Positions 21,280 to 45,719 of a stretch of DNA of 64,000 nt are shown in pieces (position 1 is the first letter of the stretch; every line of letters starts with the position of its first letter). The notes under the pieces are model-generated. The model was not told where the DNA came from. It searched no databases and worked only from the letters and a program-made list of their open reading frames with translations. Source of the stretch: the human T2T-CHM13v2.0 reference genome, Homo sapiens; NCBI RefSeq assembly GCF_009914755.1, contig NC_060936.1. One strand, written 5' to 3'. The position numbers and the translations under genes were made by a program.

Positions 21280-21992
21280 TCACATTATATGTGTAATTCC
21301 ATAGTTCACCTCTTTTATCTAACTCTATGACTATTTTGCCATATCACCAAATACTGTTCACAAAGGTCATTTTAATGACTACTTATTGTCTGTCTTATGG
21401 AAGAGCTGCAATTCATTCACAACCATTTCTCCACAATCAAAAACCAAGGCTGTATTCAACCTTTTGTTGAACTATTGAAAATTATTGTGTCTGGAAGATC
21501 TTGGTGCCTATTACTTATCTACATTTTGGAGGCTTTCTTGAGAATGGCTTTCTAGAAGTAGAATTATTGGGTCAAAGAATATAACAATTTAAAACCTACA
21601 TATATTGGAATAATTTTTAGATGCTTGACTAGCATTGTAGATGAAGGCCTTACAGGAAAAAACTAGAAAAAAACTATGGACTTCCATTTTCACATTTTTC
21701 TTGCTGAGAATATCCCACTCTTGTCTCATGCCTATAGTTATAAACTGAACGTTTTCATTATTTCTGTTACTCCTTCCGATTCTGTCTGTGGCTGTGGAAT
21801 GCTTCAGATTAACTGGTAGCTAAAACTTGCCTGAATTCAGCATCACATTTTACCTAACCACTAACCAATCAATAACTGCAATGTTTGCATGTCTACTCTG
21901 CTAATGTAGTCTGACTATAGCTCCAATAAACTAAAATATTCCTTATGACATCATATGAACACTAGTTGCTAAATTTCTAAGAAAGTAGTTTC

Positions 21993-22329
<337 letters not shown>

Positions 22330-22337
22330 TCAAATAA

Positions 22338-22936
<599 letters not shown>

Positions 22937-23199
22937 ACTTTTACATAATTTTCTTAAAATGCATGCATATTCTCTTCATCTTTGGTTGCCAAGCTCTATA
23001 TATGTTCTAAAATTATCTCTCTAAGACTTCTAGGAATTAAGCCTTCTCAGTTTTATCTTTTCTTTGTTTGCTTTTCTGCTACAATATTGCATTGCTATTG
23101 AAGCTGAAGACAGTATTCCTGAAGTTCATCCATTGAACCTAAAGGATATTTTCAATTTTCTTCCATTTTACTACCCCCACTTCCTTCTTCATAAATGTC

Positions 23200-23760
23200 T
23201 CTTGGATCCCATGAAACTGTCTTCTGTTTTTCCAAATTATTCTGATTATACTTCCTCTTCTCTCTGATGCCTAAATGAATGTGTTCCTCTAAGGATTTCC
23301 CCAAGTCCTCTGTGTGACTGCAAGCTGCTATCTTAATTTCTGCCCATTTAATGATTTTAAGTAATACTGTGTCACTAGACAGTACTGACCATTATTCCAA
23401 GCCCCAGTCCTGTATTTTCAAATATCTATTCGGCTTCTCCCCTAAATGGCTCACATACACCTCCCATTAACTTTGTTCTTTTTCCCTGTCCCTTAACATT
23501 CAATTAATCCCCAATTTCTGCTTCCTGTTTTTCCATTTCTCTGGCATTCATATGCTCTCTCCTTTTCTTTTCCTCTTACAGCCTCTATCTTTTCTGGAAT
23601 TAGAAAAACACTATTACCATAATCATCTTTCTAAAGCATGGTTCAGATAATATCACAGCTCTGCTCAAAATCTTTCAAAATCTCACTACTTCCTATGGGA
23701 TAAAGAATAACAATAATAATAATAATAACTTTACCTAACGAACATTCAAAGCTGGCTTCA
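23200..23760 (+). mobile_element. Degenerate L2 fragment
   Basis: Pyrimidine-rich L2 motifs (ATCTTTCTAAAGCATG..CAGATAATATCAC..CTGCTCAAAATC). Confidence 0.55.
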
Positions 23761-23934
23761 AACCAGTAGTCTAACCTAAATTCTTAAACTCTATAATCAG
23801 GAAAAAATAAATTCCATTCAGTTACATTTGTATATATACTTTGTATTTCACTTCTCACTTGGTCTTTGTCTAAGTTGTGTCCTCTGCTTATAAGGCCCAA
23901 ATCTCAGCTATTCTTACAGTCCAGCTAAATGTCA

Positions 23935-24243
<309 letters not shown>

Positions 24244-24414
24244 AATGTCACTTCTATAAAACCTACTATTTTCTCCCTTTGCATCAGTTTTCAACACACA
24301 TAGTTAGTATTCTAAAACTGGATGGCAAGTGCTTCTTCAGAGAAGGGTAATTGTCTAAGTCCACATTTGGATTAATCATTGTAACCCCTGATATTTTAAA
24401 AAATAAAAACAGTG

Positions 24415-24975
24415 TTATTGAGATATAATTCACCTATCATACACTCTGCCCATTTAAAGTGTACAATTCAATGGTTTTTAGTATATTTAGTATTTAGCAT
24501 TTTAGATATGTACAACCGTTACCAACCACAGTTATTTTTAGAACATTTTCATCACCATACATACACACACAAAACCATACCCTTTAGCTATTACCCCAGC
24601 CTCGCCCCACCCCATTCCCTCCATTCCTAAGAAATTTACTAACATACTTTCCATCTTTATAGATTTCCTTGTTCTGGGAATTTCATATAAACGGAATCAT
24701 ACAATATGTGGTCTTTCATGACTGGCATTTTTCACTCAGCATGTTTTCAAATCCAATGCATAGCATGAATCAGTATTTCTTTTTATTGCCAAATAATATT
24801 CCATTATATGGATATGTCACATTTTATCCATTTATCAGGTGATGGACATTTGGACTGCTTTAACTTTTGGCCATTATGGATAGTGCTACTAGAATTATTC
24901 ATGTATAAGTTTTTAGGCGGATATATGTTTTCATTTTTCTTGAGCATATGCCTATGAGTGGAAATGCTGGGCCCT
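24415..24975 (-). mobile_element. L1MB-like 3' end
   Basis: TTATTGAGATATAATTCAC...CCCATTTAAAGTGTACAATTCAATGG. Confidence 0.8.
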
Positions 24976-25419
24976 ACGGCTTCTTTAAGTAGCAGATATT
25001 CCATAAAAATCTGATGAAATCACCTTCCCTGTTCCATTTCAATCTTATAATTAAAATGACCATTCAAATTAATCCTTTCCCCAAAAGATAAACAAGAATA
25101 TTTTTTCTTCTAAGAGGATAAGATGAAATAACAGGCATAAAATAAGTTTTTCCCTCTTCCTTAACCTCCTGCAACCTCAGGTATTACATTTATAGTGAGA
25201 ATGTAGAACTGCGCCAAGAATGTAGTATTTCAGGTTTTAGGCCCTTGGGCCAAATAAACAATCCAACTAGCACGGAGTAGAAGATTTCATCAGAGATGTG
25301 CAATTGAAATAATTTTCTTCGCAAACACTTCTTTATTCTAAGAAATGGAAACCTTCTAACAATGGTAATCAAGTAAATTATTTCTCACAAGACATTCTAA
25401 CTTACTATAAGAAAGAACA

Positions 25420-25595
25420 CTGGTGGCGCATGCCTGTAATCCCAGCTACTTGGGAGGCTGAGGCATGAGAATCACTTAAGCCCAGGAGGCAGAGGTTGCA
25501 GTGAGCCGAGTTACACCACTGCACTCCAGCCTGGGTGACAGAGCAAGACTCCATCTCAAAAAAAAAAAAAAAAAGAAAGAAAGAAAGAAAGAAAG
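25420..25595 (+). mobile_element. 5'-truncated Alu (right monomer) with A/(GAAA)n tail and TSD AAGAAAGAACACT
   Basis: Right arm only, TSD on both sides. Confidence 0.88.
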
Positions 25596-25954
25596 AACAC
25601 TTGATAGAGAGTAGAAATATATATTTTTAAAATAATTTTCCCTTTCCCAGAAACTTCAAGAAAGATGATTCATTGAAGATCTTAGTTGTGTTTCAATGTT
25701 TTTTTCAACAATAATGTTCTTCTCAACAATGTTTTTCTCTGGCAGCACTATCCTGGAGCCAGTGAATTCGAAAACTCCACAATATTTCAGTATTAATAAA
25801 GTAAATAAGAATTAGAATGTTTCATACTGGAAAGAATTTTAAAGATACACCATTTCAACTCCTTTTTTTCTTTTTATACTCAATCTCAGAAAAGTTAAGC
25901 ATCACATCACACCTCTGTGGCAGCATTATCCCCAAATTAAAATCCCAGACTTCT

Positions 25955-26252
25955 GGCCAGGTGCAGTGGCTCATGCCTGTAATCCTAGCACTTTGGGAGA
26001 CCGAGGTGGGAGGGTTGCTTGAGTCCAGGAGTTTGAGAACAGCCTGGGTAACACAGTGAGACCCCCGTCTCTATGAAATAAAATACAAAAAAATTAGCTG
26101 GGCATGGTAGCACGTGCCTGTAGTCCCAGCTACTTGGGGCTTGAGGTGGGAGGATTGCTTGAGCCCAGGAAGCTGAGGCTATAGTGAGCCGAGATTGTGC
26201 CACTGCACTCCAACCTAGGTGACAAAGTAAGAACTTGTCTGGAAAAAAAAAA
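25955..26252 (+). mobile_element. AluJ
   Basis: Full Alu; degenerate TSD AAAATCC..GACTTCTG. Confidence 0.88.
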
Positions 26253-26487
26253 ATCCAGGACTTCTGATTTTCCATTACAGAAATTTATTCTCCTGAACCA
26301 TGCTGCCCTAAGTCATACTTTACTATTTTGGAGGGTAATCAAGAAAATTTTAAATTTAATGTAAGATTGAACTTCTGTTACTATTCCTCCCAAGGATCTC
26401 AGGACATTTAAAGATATGGTGCTAGATTCAGTTCTTACGAGGACTGCAGAGTAAACAAATTTGAGGGCCTCTTTAAGAAAAAAATAG

Positions 26488-27243
<756 letters not shown>

Positions 27244-27898
27244 TTAACTTTACAGCAGTGAAAAATGAAGTATAAATATATAGTATCTTTTTCGAAGTCA
27301 CATAGTTAGGACTAGTCGAGTATTTGGTTTCTTCCCCCGTTTCCTTCCACACGACTTCCCATAAGACTTGAAGAGAACTGTCTAAAAAAAACAAACCAAA
27401 AAAACAAAAAAAAAACTAGCAAATTTTGTTGTAATTGCTGTTCCTGTTTGCCACCAATATTTAACTATTATCCTGAGGTAAGAGAACTGCTTTTAAGGTA
27501 CTTTCACGTTGAAAATGAAACTAGATGATAGCTGCTTTTTATGCCACTATGGTTCTATAGCCCAACTGTGAACAAATATCCTCACATTTAAGAGCTGAAA
27601 AAGGACCTTAGTGATCATCTAATTTCTACGTGGCAAATAATGCAGAAGTAGCTGGGGTTTTGAGGATCCTAACAATGATAACCTTTAGACTACTCCTGGG
27701 TCAACTGACATTAAATTATATGAAGATTCTTCTAGTCACTCTTTAAGACTTTATCTATGTAGGCTCAAAAGCAAAAATATCAATTATTTTGATTTCTTAT
27801 GGAGTATTATTTTCTTCCTCCCTTAATAAAAAGAGGTTTAAGATAAGAGACAGATGGGAAAGTAGAGGCCCCATTGGATCTCTTAAATTTAACACTGA

Positions 27899-28173
<275 letters not shown>

Positions 28174-28409
28174 AACACTGAATATCTTTGTTCTGTCTGA
28201 TACTTTGATATGAGGCCAGCAACTTGAAATCAATTATGCATCTACTTCAGAAAAAAATGGCACCTCACATGAATCTGAAAATTAAGACCAGTATAAGAAT
28301 GGTGGTGATGTGTCTACATAAATCCCAAATTATTCTAAAATATTTGACTGGGTTTTTGAAATCTTCATTTTGCACTATAACTTTTTTTTCATTTAAAAAA
28401 AAGTTTCAT

Positions 28410-28738
<329 letters not shown>

Positions 28739-28899
28739 TAAAGAATGTATAATATGAAAACTTTATGTAACTATAATACACAATAATTTGCTCTTAGGAT
28801 TTCTCAAACATGATTAATAATCATTCATATCTCTTATTTTTAAAATCCTCACAGATCCCTAACATTTTCTTCAATTACTTTTAGTCATTTACTTTACTC

Positions 28900-29680
28900 A
28901 TTTATTCATGTATCATTCATTTGGCAAATATTTATTAAGTACCTAATATTCATCTGGCACTGAACAAGGCTTTAGGTTCTTTCCTGTTCTCATACAGCTT
29001 ATATTCTAGTAGAGAGATATATAAATATTTATACATGAAGTATTAATAAATATAAAGAGAAATATAAAATGAAACAGGGCCAGCAGGCAGGATAGATCTC
29101 TCTGATAGGTAACAGTTGAGTAGAGACCTGAAAGATGAAGGAAGTGAAGGAGTAAGCCCTGAAGGTCCTGGCAAGGAAGAGTGGTACAGGCGAGGGAATA
29201 GCAAGATTGTTTTGTGTACTCCAGAAAACGCCAGAAGGCCAGCGTGGGTAAGGGAAAGTGAACAATGGGGATGTAGTAGGAGAAGAGATAGGGCCTTTCA
29301 TAATGTGATGGAGATTTTGGATTTTATTATAAGTGAGATGGGAAGCCACCGAAGCATTTCATGAGAGATGCCACTTCTGTGTTTAAAAGGATCACTCTGA
29401 CTATTCTGTGGGAAATAGATTGTGTAGAAGCAAGGTTAAAAACACTGAGACCTGAAAGAAGCCATTGCAAAAGTCTAAGAAAGAAATGATGACAGCCAGC
29501 ACCAAGGTGCTGGTGGTAGAGGTAATAAGAATTGGTTGAATTCCAGAATAATTGAGAAGGAACAACCAAATGCGCTTTGCTGCTTTGATTGGAATATGAA
29601 AGAAAGAGAGGAGTCAAAGATGACTCCAAGCCTTAGGGCCTGAGCTACCAAAAGATGAAATTGCCCATTTATAAAACTGT
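28900..29680 (-). mobile_element. L2a-like fragment
   Basis: CATTCATTTGGCAAATATTTATTAAGTACC terminus; GAGGAGTCAAAGATGACTCCAAG motif. Confidence 0.8.
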
Positions 29681-29685
29681 AATAT

Positions 29686-30545
<860 letters not shown>

Positions 30546-30700
30546 TCACAAGATGTGAGTTTAACAGTTACACATTAATTCCACTTCCATTTCTATTCTT
30601 TTCTCATTTGTCTAAGACAATTCAAGTGGTACCACTTGGCATTATGGTAAACACAAACACAGGCCCTGAAATCCCAGCAACCCATAGGACTCTTTAGTGA

Positions 30701-31025
<325 letters not shown>

Positions 31026-31970
31026 CACCATGTATTTTTTAAAAGATCATCATCAAAATGAAAACATAACATTAAAAAAGTTGTGGAGAACTTTTAGACC
31101 TATTTTCATATCTTTAAGTTCCCAGGGGTCTATAGATTTACTTGAAAACACTAGGGAATATAATCTTGTCTTACCCAAGGTGGTTGGGTACAAAGGTCAA
31201 CACCTAAGGCCAAAACTGCATACAGCTCTAATTACCCTTGAAAATTCCAGTGTTTGTGGTTTTGTTTACAAAACTCTTTAAAGCAATTTTCACACACAGT
31301 CAAGTTTGGGAACCACTGAGCAAGTCAAACCTGCCCCCACCCCAAAAGCCTATTTATAAAAGGGATTTTTTTTTTTGCACCCAGCAATAAAAAAGTAGAA
31401 TTTGAATTTATTTTTTAACATTTACTTTAGGTTCAGGGGTACATGTGCAGGTTTGTTATATAGGTACATTGCACAGGGGTTTGGTGTACAGATTATTTCA
31501 CCACCCAGGTAATAAGCATAGTACCCAATATGGTAGTTTTTTGATCCTGACCCTCCTCCTTCTTTCCACCCTCAAGTAGGCCCTGGTGTCTGTGATTCCC
31601 TTCTTTGTATCCAAATGTACTCAGTATTTAGCTCTCACTTAAAAGTGAGAACATGCAGTATTTGGTTTTCTGTTCCTGTGTTAGTTCATTTACTAAATGA
31701 CTCCCAGCTCCATCCATGTTGCTGTAAAGGACATGATCTCATTCTTTTTTCATGGCTGCATAGTATTCCATGGTGTATATGCACCACATTTTCTTTATCC
31801 AGTCCACCGCTGATGGGCATTTAGGTTGATTCCATGTCTTTGTTATTGTGAAAAGTGCTGCAATGAGCATATGGGTACATGAGTCTTTATAGTAGAATGA
31901 TTCATATTCCTTTAGGTAAATAACCAGTAATGGGATTGCTAAGTCAAATGGTAATTCTGCTTTAAGTTGA

Positions 31971-32372
<402 letters not shown>

Positions 32373-32847
32373 CAACAGCCATTCTGATTGGTGTGATATG
32401 GTATCTCATTGTGGTTTTGATTTGTATTTCTCTAATGATTAGTGATGGTGAGCATTTTTTCGTATGCTTGTTGGTTGTGTGCATGTCTTCTTTTGAAAAG
32501 TGTCTGTTCATGTCCTTTGCCCACTTTTTAATGGGATTGTTTTTTGCTTGTTGATTTGACTTCCTTATAGATTCTGGATATTATTAATAGATCTTTGTTG
32601 GATGCATAGTTTGCAAACATTTTCTCCCATTCTGTAGGATGTTTATTCTGTTGATAGTTTCTTTTGTTGTACAGAAGCTCTTTAATTCTCATTTGTCAAT
32701 TTTTATTTTTTTTTTGCAATTGCTTTTGGTGTCTTCATCATGTAATCTTCGCCAGGTCCTATGTCCAGAATGGTATTTCCTAGGTTACCTTCCAGTGTTT
32801 TTATAGTTTTAGGTTTTACATGTAAGTCTTTAATCCATCTTGAGTTG

Positions 32848-33681
<834 letters not shown>

Positions 33682-34604
33682 TAGCCAGTTATCCCAGTAC
33701 TATTTATTAAATAGGCAGTCCATCCCCCATTGCTTGTTTCTGTCGACTTGGTCAAAGATCAGATGGTTGTAGGTGTGCGGCATTATTTCTGGGCTCTCTA
33801 TTCTGTTCCACTGGTCTATGTGTCTGTTTTTGTACCAGTACCACGCTCTCTTGGTTACTATATCATTATAGTTTGAAGTCTCGTAACAGGTAATGTGATG
33901 CTTCTAGTTTTGTTCTTTTTGCTTAGAATTACTTTGGCTTTTCAAGGTCTTGTTTGGTTGCATATGAATTTTAAAATAGCAGTTTCTAATTCTGTGAAGA
34001 ATGTCATTGGTAGTTTGATAGGAATAGCACTGAATCTGTAAATTGCTTTGGGCAGTATGGCCATTTTAACAATATTAAGTCTTCCTATCCATGAGTATGA
34101 AATGTTTTTCCATTTGTTTTTGTCATCTCTGATTTATTTAAGCAGTGTTTAGTAGTTCTCATTGTAGAGATCTTTCACCTCCCTGGTTAGCTGTATTCCT
34201 AGGTATTTTATTCTTTTTGTGGCTATTTTGAATGGGATTGCATTCTTGATTTGGCTCTTGGCTTGGACGCTCTTCATATATAGGAATGCTACTGATTTTT
34301 CTACATTGATTTTGTATCCCGAAACTGCTGAAGTTGTTTATTAGATCAAAGAGCATTTGGGCAGAGGCTATGCGGTTTTCTAGGTATAGAATCATGTTGC
34401 CTGCAAACAGGGATAGTTTGACTTTCTTTCTTCCTATTTGGATACCTTTTATTTCTTTCTTTTGCCTGACTTCCCTGGTCAGGACTTCCAGTGCTATGTT
34501 GAATAGGAGTGGTGATAGGGTCTTGTTCTGGTTTTCAAGGGGAATGCTTTGGCTTTTACCTATTCAGTATGATGTTGGTTGTGGGTTCGTCATAGATGGC
34601 CCTA

Positions 34605-35335
34605 TAAAAGGGATTTGTCACCTTTTATGTGACACTGACCTCTTTGGCAGTTCAAGGATGCCTATGGACACCTTCTCAGAATAATGTTTTACATGAAAAA
34701 AATTAACCACTTAGAATTATGAAGGAAACTAGTTATACTGAAATGAATTTATAAAAATATTAAAAAGCGTCCAGGTGTGGTGGCTCATGCCTCTAATCCC
34801 AGCACTTTGGGAGGCTGAGGCAGGCGAATCACCTGAGGTCAGGAGTTTGAGAACAGCCTGGCCAACATGGCGAAACCCTGTCTCTACTAAAAGTACAAAA
34901 ATAGCCGGGGGTGGTGGTGGGTACGTGTAATCCCAGATACTCAGGAGGCTGAGGCTGCAGTGAGCCAAGATTGCACCATTGTACTCCAGCCTGGGCAACA
35001 AGAGTGAGACTCTGCCTCAGAAAAAAAAAAAAGAAAAAAATTAAAAATTAAAAAGCAAATTTGTCACGTAGTAATATATGTGCTTCTTTATTAATGCATT
35101 TAGTAATAAGAGAGAGACAGGAGTCTAATAACTACAATAATTTCAACAAGTGATGAGCATAAAAAATATTTTGATGTACATGTAACAACTAATGTGATAT
35201 AAAATATTTGTTATTTTTATTGTGAAAAAGTCACAGGTATTGCTAATACTCTTGCGGTTTGTGGCCAACATTTAAAATTATAGAAAATGCTAAATTTCAG
35301 TTAGAGTTTAGTAAAAACAAAAATGGAATGTTTTC
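34605..35335. mobile_element. hAT-Charlie (Charlie4a/MER80-like) DNA transposon split by an Alu (+, 34769-35040, internal deletion)
   Basis: CTTTGGCAGT..GCCTATGGACACCTTCTCAGAATAATG and AATGCTAAATTTCAGTTAGAG motifs. Confidence 0.6.
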
Positions 35336-35789
35336 TAGAAGATTCCTTGATCTACAGTAACCTGGCATACAAACCACTCACTCTTTCAAATAACCAGTAT
35401 AAATGGGTATTGGTGAGGAATTCTAAAAGTTCTTCTTATGTGTAGAGTTTATTCCGTTCTGTTTTCTACCAAACCTCTATAACCTCTTTTGGTAGAAATG
35501 CATAAAATGTTGTGAGGATTAAATGAGATAATATACTCCAAGTATGTAGTAGGTACAGAACAAAAGGTCTGCCAGATGTGAATCTAATCTTACTTGATCA
35601 CATTGTTATTTAAAAAGTTATAGAGAATTACCTTGGCATTTCCCACTGTGATTCCACTGAACAGCTATCACTCCTATGCCTTTTGGCATTGGTAGTTCCC
35701 TTACTGTAGAATTTCATCTTATGTTGTGGGAGTTCATTGAAATGTATTGATGAGGCTGTTCCACTGTAAGTACTAATGAAAATCATCAC

Positions 35790-36230
35790 TGTTAGGGTTT
35801 TTAGTTGCAAATAATAGAAACCAACTCTGGCTAACTTAGGCAGAAAATAAATGTATTTGTAAGATAGCTCATAGAATGAATTGGGAAGCTCAAAAAATGG
35901 GTAGGCCCCTAGGGAGGAAAGACACAATCAAGATCATGTCATTTGCTTAGGATGCTGTTGATGCCATCATCATTCGATTCTGCTCTACTGGACTCTTATC
36001 ATCTTCACAACTGCCACAATCATCTCTGCTGTGCCCTGAGCTTGCAAGATTCAAAGTTCTGGGTGGGAGTATCTGATTGACCAAAGTCACATGCCCGCCT
36101 GAAAGCTGCCAGGCAACTGAAGATGGAATATCGACCTGTACTCCTTTCGCTGTATCCACAGCAGAAGGAAGAACACTGGCTTCCACCTATCCAAAATAGG
36201 ATAGTGTTCAAGCAATAGGCAACCACACTA
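35790..36230. mobile_element. Old MaLR LTR (MLT1-type)
   Basis: TTAGTTGCAAATAATAGAAACCAACTCTGGCTAACTTA and GGGAGTATCTGATTG..GTCACATGCC motifs. Confidence 0.6.
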
Positions 36231-36439
36231 TAAATAACTTATTAATGATCAAGAGCCACAGCACAGCTCAAAGGATAAGTGACAAACTTGGATTTAGAGT
36301 GTTCCAGTTTCTAATTCTGTCTCCTTAATTCCCTGTAGCCTGAGTAAGTTTTACAACCTGTTTAAGCTTCTTCCATATCTACAAAATATTATTCTTCTCA
36401 TGAGTTTTATAAGAGGTATAGTAGCTGAAGCAGTGCTCA

Positions 36440-38040
<1,601 letters not shown>

Positions 38041-38411
38041 ACAAAAGTAAGAATTCAACTTTGAGGGTAAGTTGAATTCTTAGCGAATGTCATGAAAGCT
38101 AAGTATAATATTATAATTCTATAATTAGGCATTCACCTATTAAATATATAGTCAAAAGGTTAAAATGACTTCCTTAATAGCAACAAATTGAGATGAGTAG
38201 TCAAAAGATTATTACCAGAAATAAAATTTAGATTGTTATATTTTTTAAAGATTACTCTGGCTTTTGCTTCATTGTAAAAAAAAAAAAATCAAGCCCCTTG
38301 TCTTTCTATGGGAATATATATTTTTAAAAGGGAATTCTGTGCATTACAGTAATAAAATGAACAAACTAACCTTTTAATTGCTGAATTAATCTATATATAT
38401 CTATATATATA

Positions 38412-38919
<508 letters not shown>

Positions 38920-38956
38920 TAATCTATACATGCTATATAATTTTTAAATATTCTCT

Positions 38957-39427
38957 TGTGAACCCAGAAAATCTGAGACAGGTTTCAGTTAATTTAGAAA
39001 GTTTATTTTTCCAAGGTTGAGGACGTGCACCCATGACACGGCCTCAGGAGGTCATGACAACATGTGCCCAAGGTGGTCAGAGCAGTTTGGTTTTGTACAT
39101 TCTAGGGAGAAATGAGACATCAATCAACATATGCAAGATGAATATTGGTTTGGCCTGGAAAGGTGGGACAACTCGAGGCAAAAGGCGGAAGGACTCCAAG
39201 CGGGAAGGTGGCTTCCAGGTCACAGGTAGGTAAGAGACTAATGGTTGCATTCTTTTGAGTTTCTGATTAGGCTGTCCAAAGAAGGCAATCAGATATGCAT
39301 TTACCTCAGTGAGCAGAGGGGTGACCCTGAATAGAATGGGAGGCAGATTGGCCCTAAGGAGTTACCAGCTTGACTTTTCCCTTTAGCTTAGTGATTTGGG
39401 GGCTCCAAGATTTATTTTCCTTTCACA
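38957..39427 (-). mobile_element. MER4A1-like ERV1 solo LTR with 4-bp TSD CTCT
   Basis: TGTGAA...TTCACA termini, 471 bp. Reverse complement begins TGTGAAAGGAAAATAAATCTTGG. CTCT at 38953-56 and 39428-31. Confidence 0.88.
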
Positions 39428-39554
39428 CTCTTTATAATCCGAATTTTAGATTTAGAATGAATCTAAGAGAGGCTCAAGGAGGTTAAGTTGCTTCAAAGTA
39501 GTTTAATAGTAATGACTTAGTACTTGTGCCATTAGAAGCTAGGTTGAATTCCTA

Positions 39555-40742
<1,188 letters not shown>

Positions 40743-40774
40743 TGAATTTCCGATCAAAAAACACTTGCCAGTTG

Positions 40775-40970
40775 GGTAGCACTATGACATAGTGGAAATA
40801 ACCCTAAACTGGAAAACAGAAGTCTTAGGTCCTAGTGTCACAGCAGCTCTGAGTGGCTCTGTGGTATTGATCAAGTGGTTTAACTTCTCTAAGCCTCAGT
40901 TTTCCTGGTCTTGGAGTTGGTCAAGACAATTTCTAAGTTTCATTTCAACTCGAAAAGTCTATGATTTTGC
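40775..40970 (+). mobile_element. MIR/MIR3
   Basis: CAAGTGGTTTAACTTCTCTAAGCCTCAGTTTTCC core. Confidence 0.65.
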
Positions 40971-41522
40971 CATGTTGCTCAGTTTAAAAATCTTTTATTC
41001 AGATACACACATACACACAGACACACAACATACTCTGAGTTCAATATATAAGTAAAATTCCCAGCATTCTTAATTGTTCCAAAACCAAATAAAAGAAAAA
41101 TCCAAGATGTAAACACCTTTAGCCTCTGCAAATTTTACCTGCCACTGATCACCAAATACACAACAGCACTGTGAGAGCTCTGTATTTATAACTTTTGACT
41201 CCCTCCTACAGGATTACAATGCCAGGCACTGGAGATAACAGAACATGCAGAAATAAAAGCTTAGAAAATAAACCTTCATACAGCTAATGAAGGATTATCT
41301 AGTGTGCAATTTTTCTAAAATGTCACAGCTATTAGCAAGTTATTTTTTTGTTTGGGACAAACAAAATTTCTCCTGTTTCTCCCCTGTTTCTACTTTGTTG
41401 CCCTGAAAAGTTTCCCTTAAGTATTATCAGATTTAGAGACTCAAAAACTTCAAAATTATAATGTATATACTTAAATTTATAAACTTATATTTACTTCTCC
41501 GGGAAAAGGTCTGCTCAGGTTC

Positions 41523-41892
41523 TGCTATGGACTGAATTGTATCTCCCTCCCTCCCCCAATTCATATGTAGAAACTGGAACCCTCCAATGTGACTGTATTT
41601 GGAGATAGGGCCTTTAGGACATAATTAAGGTTAAATGAGGTCATATGGGTGGGTGGCCTTGTAAGTAGAGGACTAGACAGTGATAAGAAATGCCCATATG
41701 GGCTCACAGTGGGAAGGTTAAGATCTGTAAGCCAGGAAGAGAGCCCACACCAGAAGCTGAATTGGCTGGCACCTTGATCTTAGACTCCCCAACCTCCAAA
41801 ACTGTGAGAAAGTAAATTTTATTTCACCACAGAACTGTATGCCATTCAACTGGTGGTATTTTCTTAGAGTAGCCCAAGCAGACTAAGATAAC
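41523..41892 (+). mobile_element. MLT1A/B-type MaLR LTR
   Basis: TGCTATGGACTGAATTG start; GGCACCTTGATCTTAGACT..CCTCCAAAACTGTGAGAAA; GCAGACTAAGATA end. Confidence 0.82.
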
Positions 41893-41899
41893 ATGCTTA

Positions 41900-43293
<1,394 letters not shown>

Positions 43294-43339
43294 CTATCAG
43301 TCCTTATATACCATCTGATTTTAAATACTCTTTAAAGCT

Positions 43340-44146
<807 letters not shown>

Positions 44147-44157
44147 TAGGGCGTTTA

Positions 44158-44725
<568 letters not shown>

Positions 44726-45087
44726 GGGTTTTTACTTTTTAAAAGGAATTATAGTAAATGTTTTTGTAAAGCAAGTAACCATTACTACTTCATGTGCTTT
44801 TTTTGAATGACTATTTCCATACACTGTTTTACTTAAAACTAACCTGACCTTTATTCCGGAAGTTCATTACTTTATTAAACTACATGGTATCCAAATGCCA
44901 ATAATTTCAGAATTATCAGCACTCTCAACTAATTTGTTCAATAATCTGTTTTAATGGACGTCTTAAGGAACTGGCATTTGAGATCATTCGATTTAAACAT
45001 TTATAAACCCCCTTGCAGTCGGAGTCTAGTCTATGTTATTTTTAAAAATTGAAATAAAATGTATACTACATATGAAATGAAAAAAAA

Positions 45088-45371
45088 TTTTTTTTTTGAG
45101 ATGGAGTCTCGCTCTGTTGCCCAGGTTGGAGTGCAGTGGCATGATCTCAGCTCACTGCAAGCTCCACCTCCGGGTTCAAGCGATTCTCCTGCCTCAGCCT
45201 CCCCAGTAGCTGGGACTACAGGTGCGTGCCAACACACCTGGCTGATTTTTTGTATTTTTAGTGAAGACGGGGTTTCACCGTGAGGATGATCTTGATCTCC
45301 TGACCTCGTGATCTGCTGGCCTTGGCCTCCCAAAGTGCTGGGATTACAGGAGTGAGCCACTGCGCCCAACC
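45088..45371 (-). mobile_element. AluSc/Y-like
   Basis: Full reverse Alu; TSD ATGAAATGAAAA. Confidence 0.88.
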
Positions 45372-45719
45372 CCATGAAATGAAAATTTAATCCTGCTATA
45401 CAATATTTTTTCCCCGTGGATAGTCATAATACATGGTGGCTTTGCACTAAGTAGTTTAGAACCCATTACTTGGGCCTGTCTTCAATCGACAAGTCTAAAA
45501 TATCACTTACATTGATTTATAGGGCTTCATTCAGTCTTTTATTAGAATTTTTTTGAACATTCACTCATTGTTGCCTTTGGTAAATGAACTAATCTTGGAA
45601 TAGAAAAGAGAAAATCCATAAGCCTTTATCTTAGACTATTACAGGCACTGAAGACAGAAAGAAGTAAGAGTTACTTTTTTTGGTTGGGCCTAGTTTAATG
45701 TAATCAACAACATCATCAT

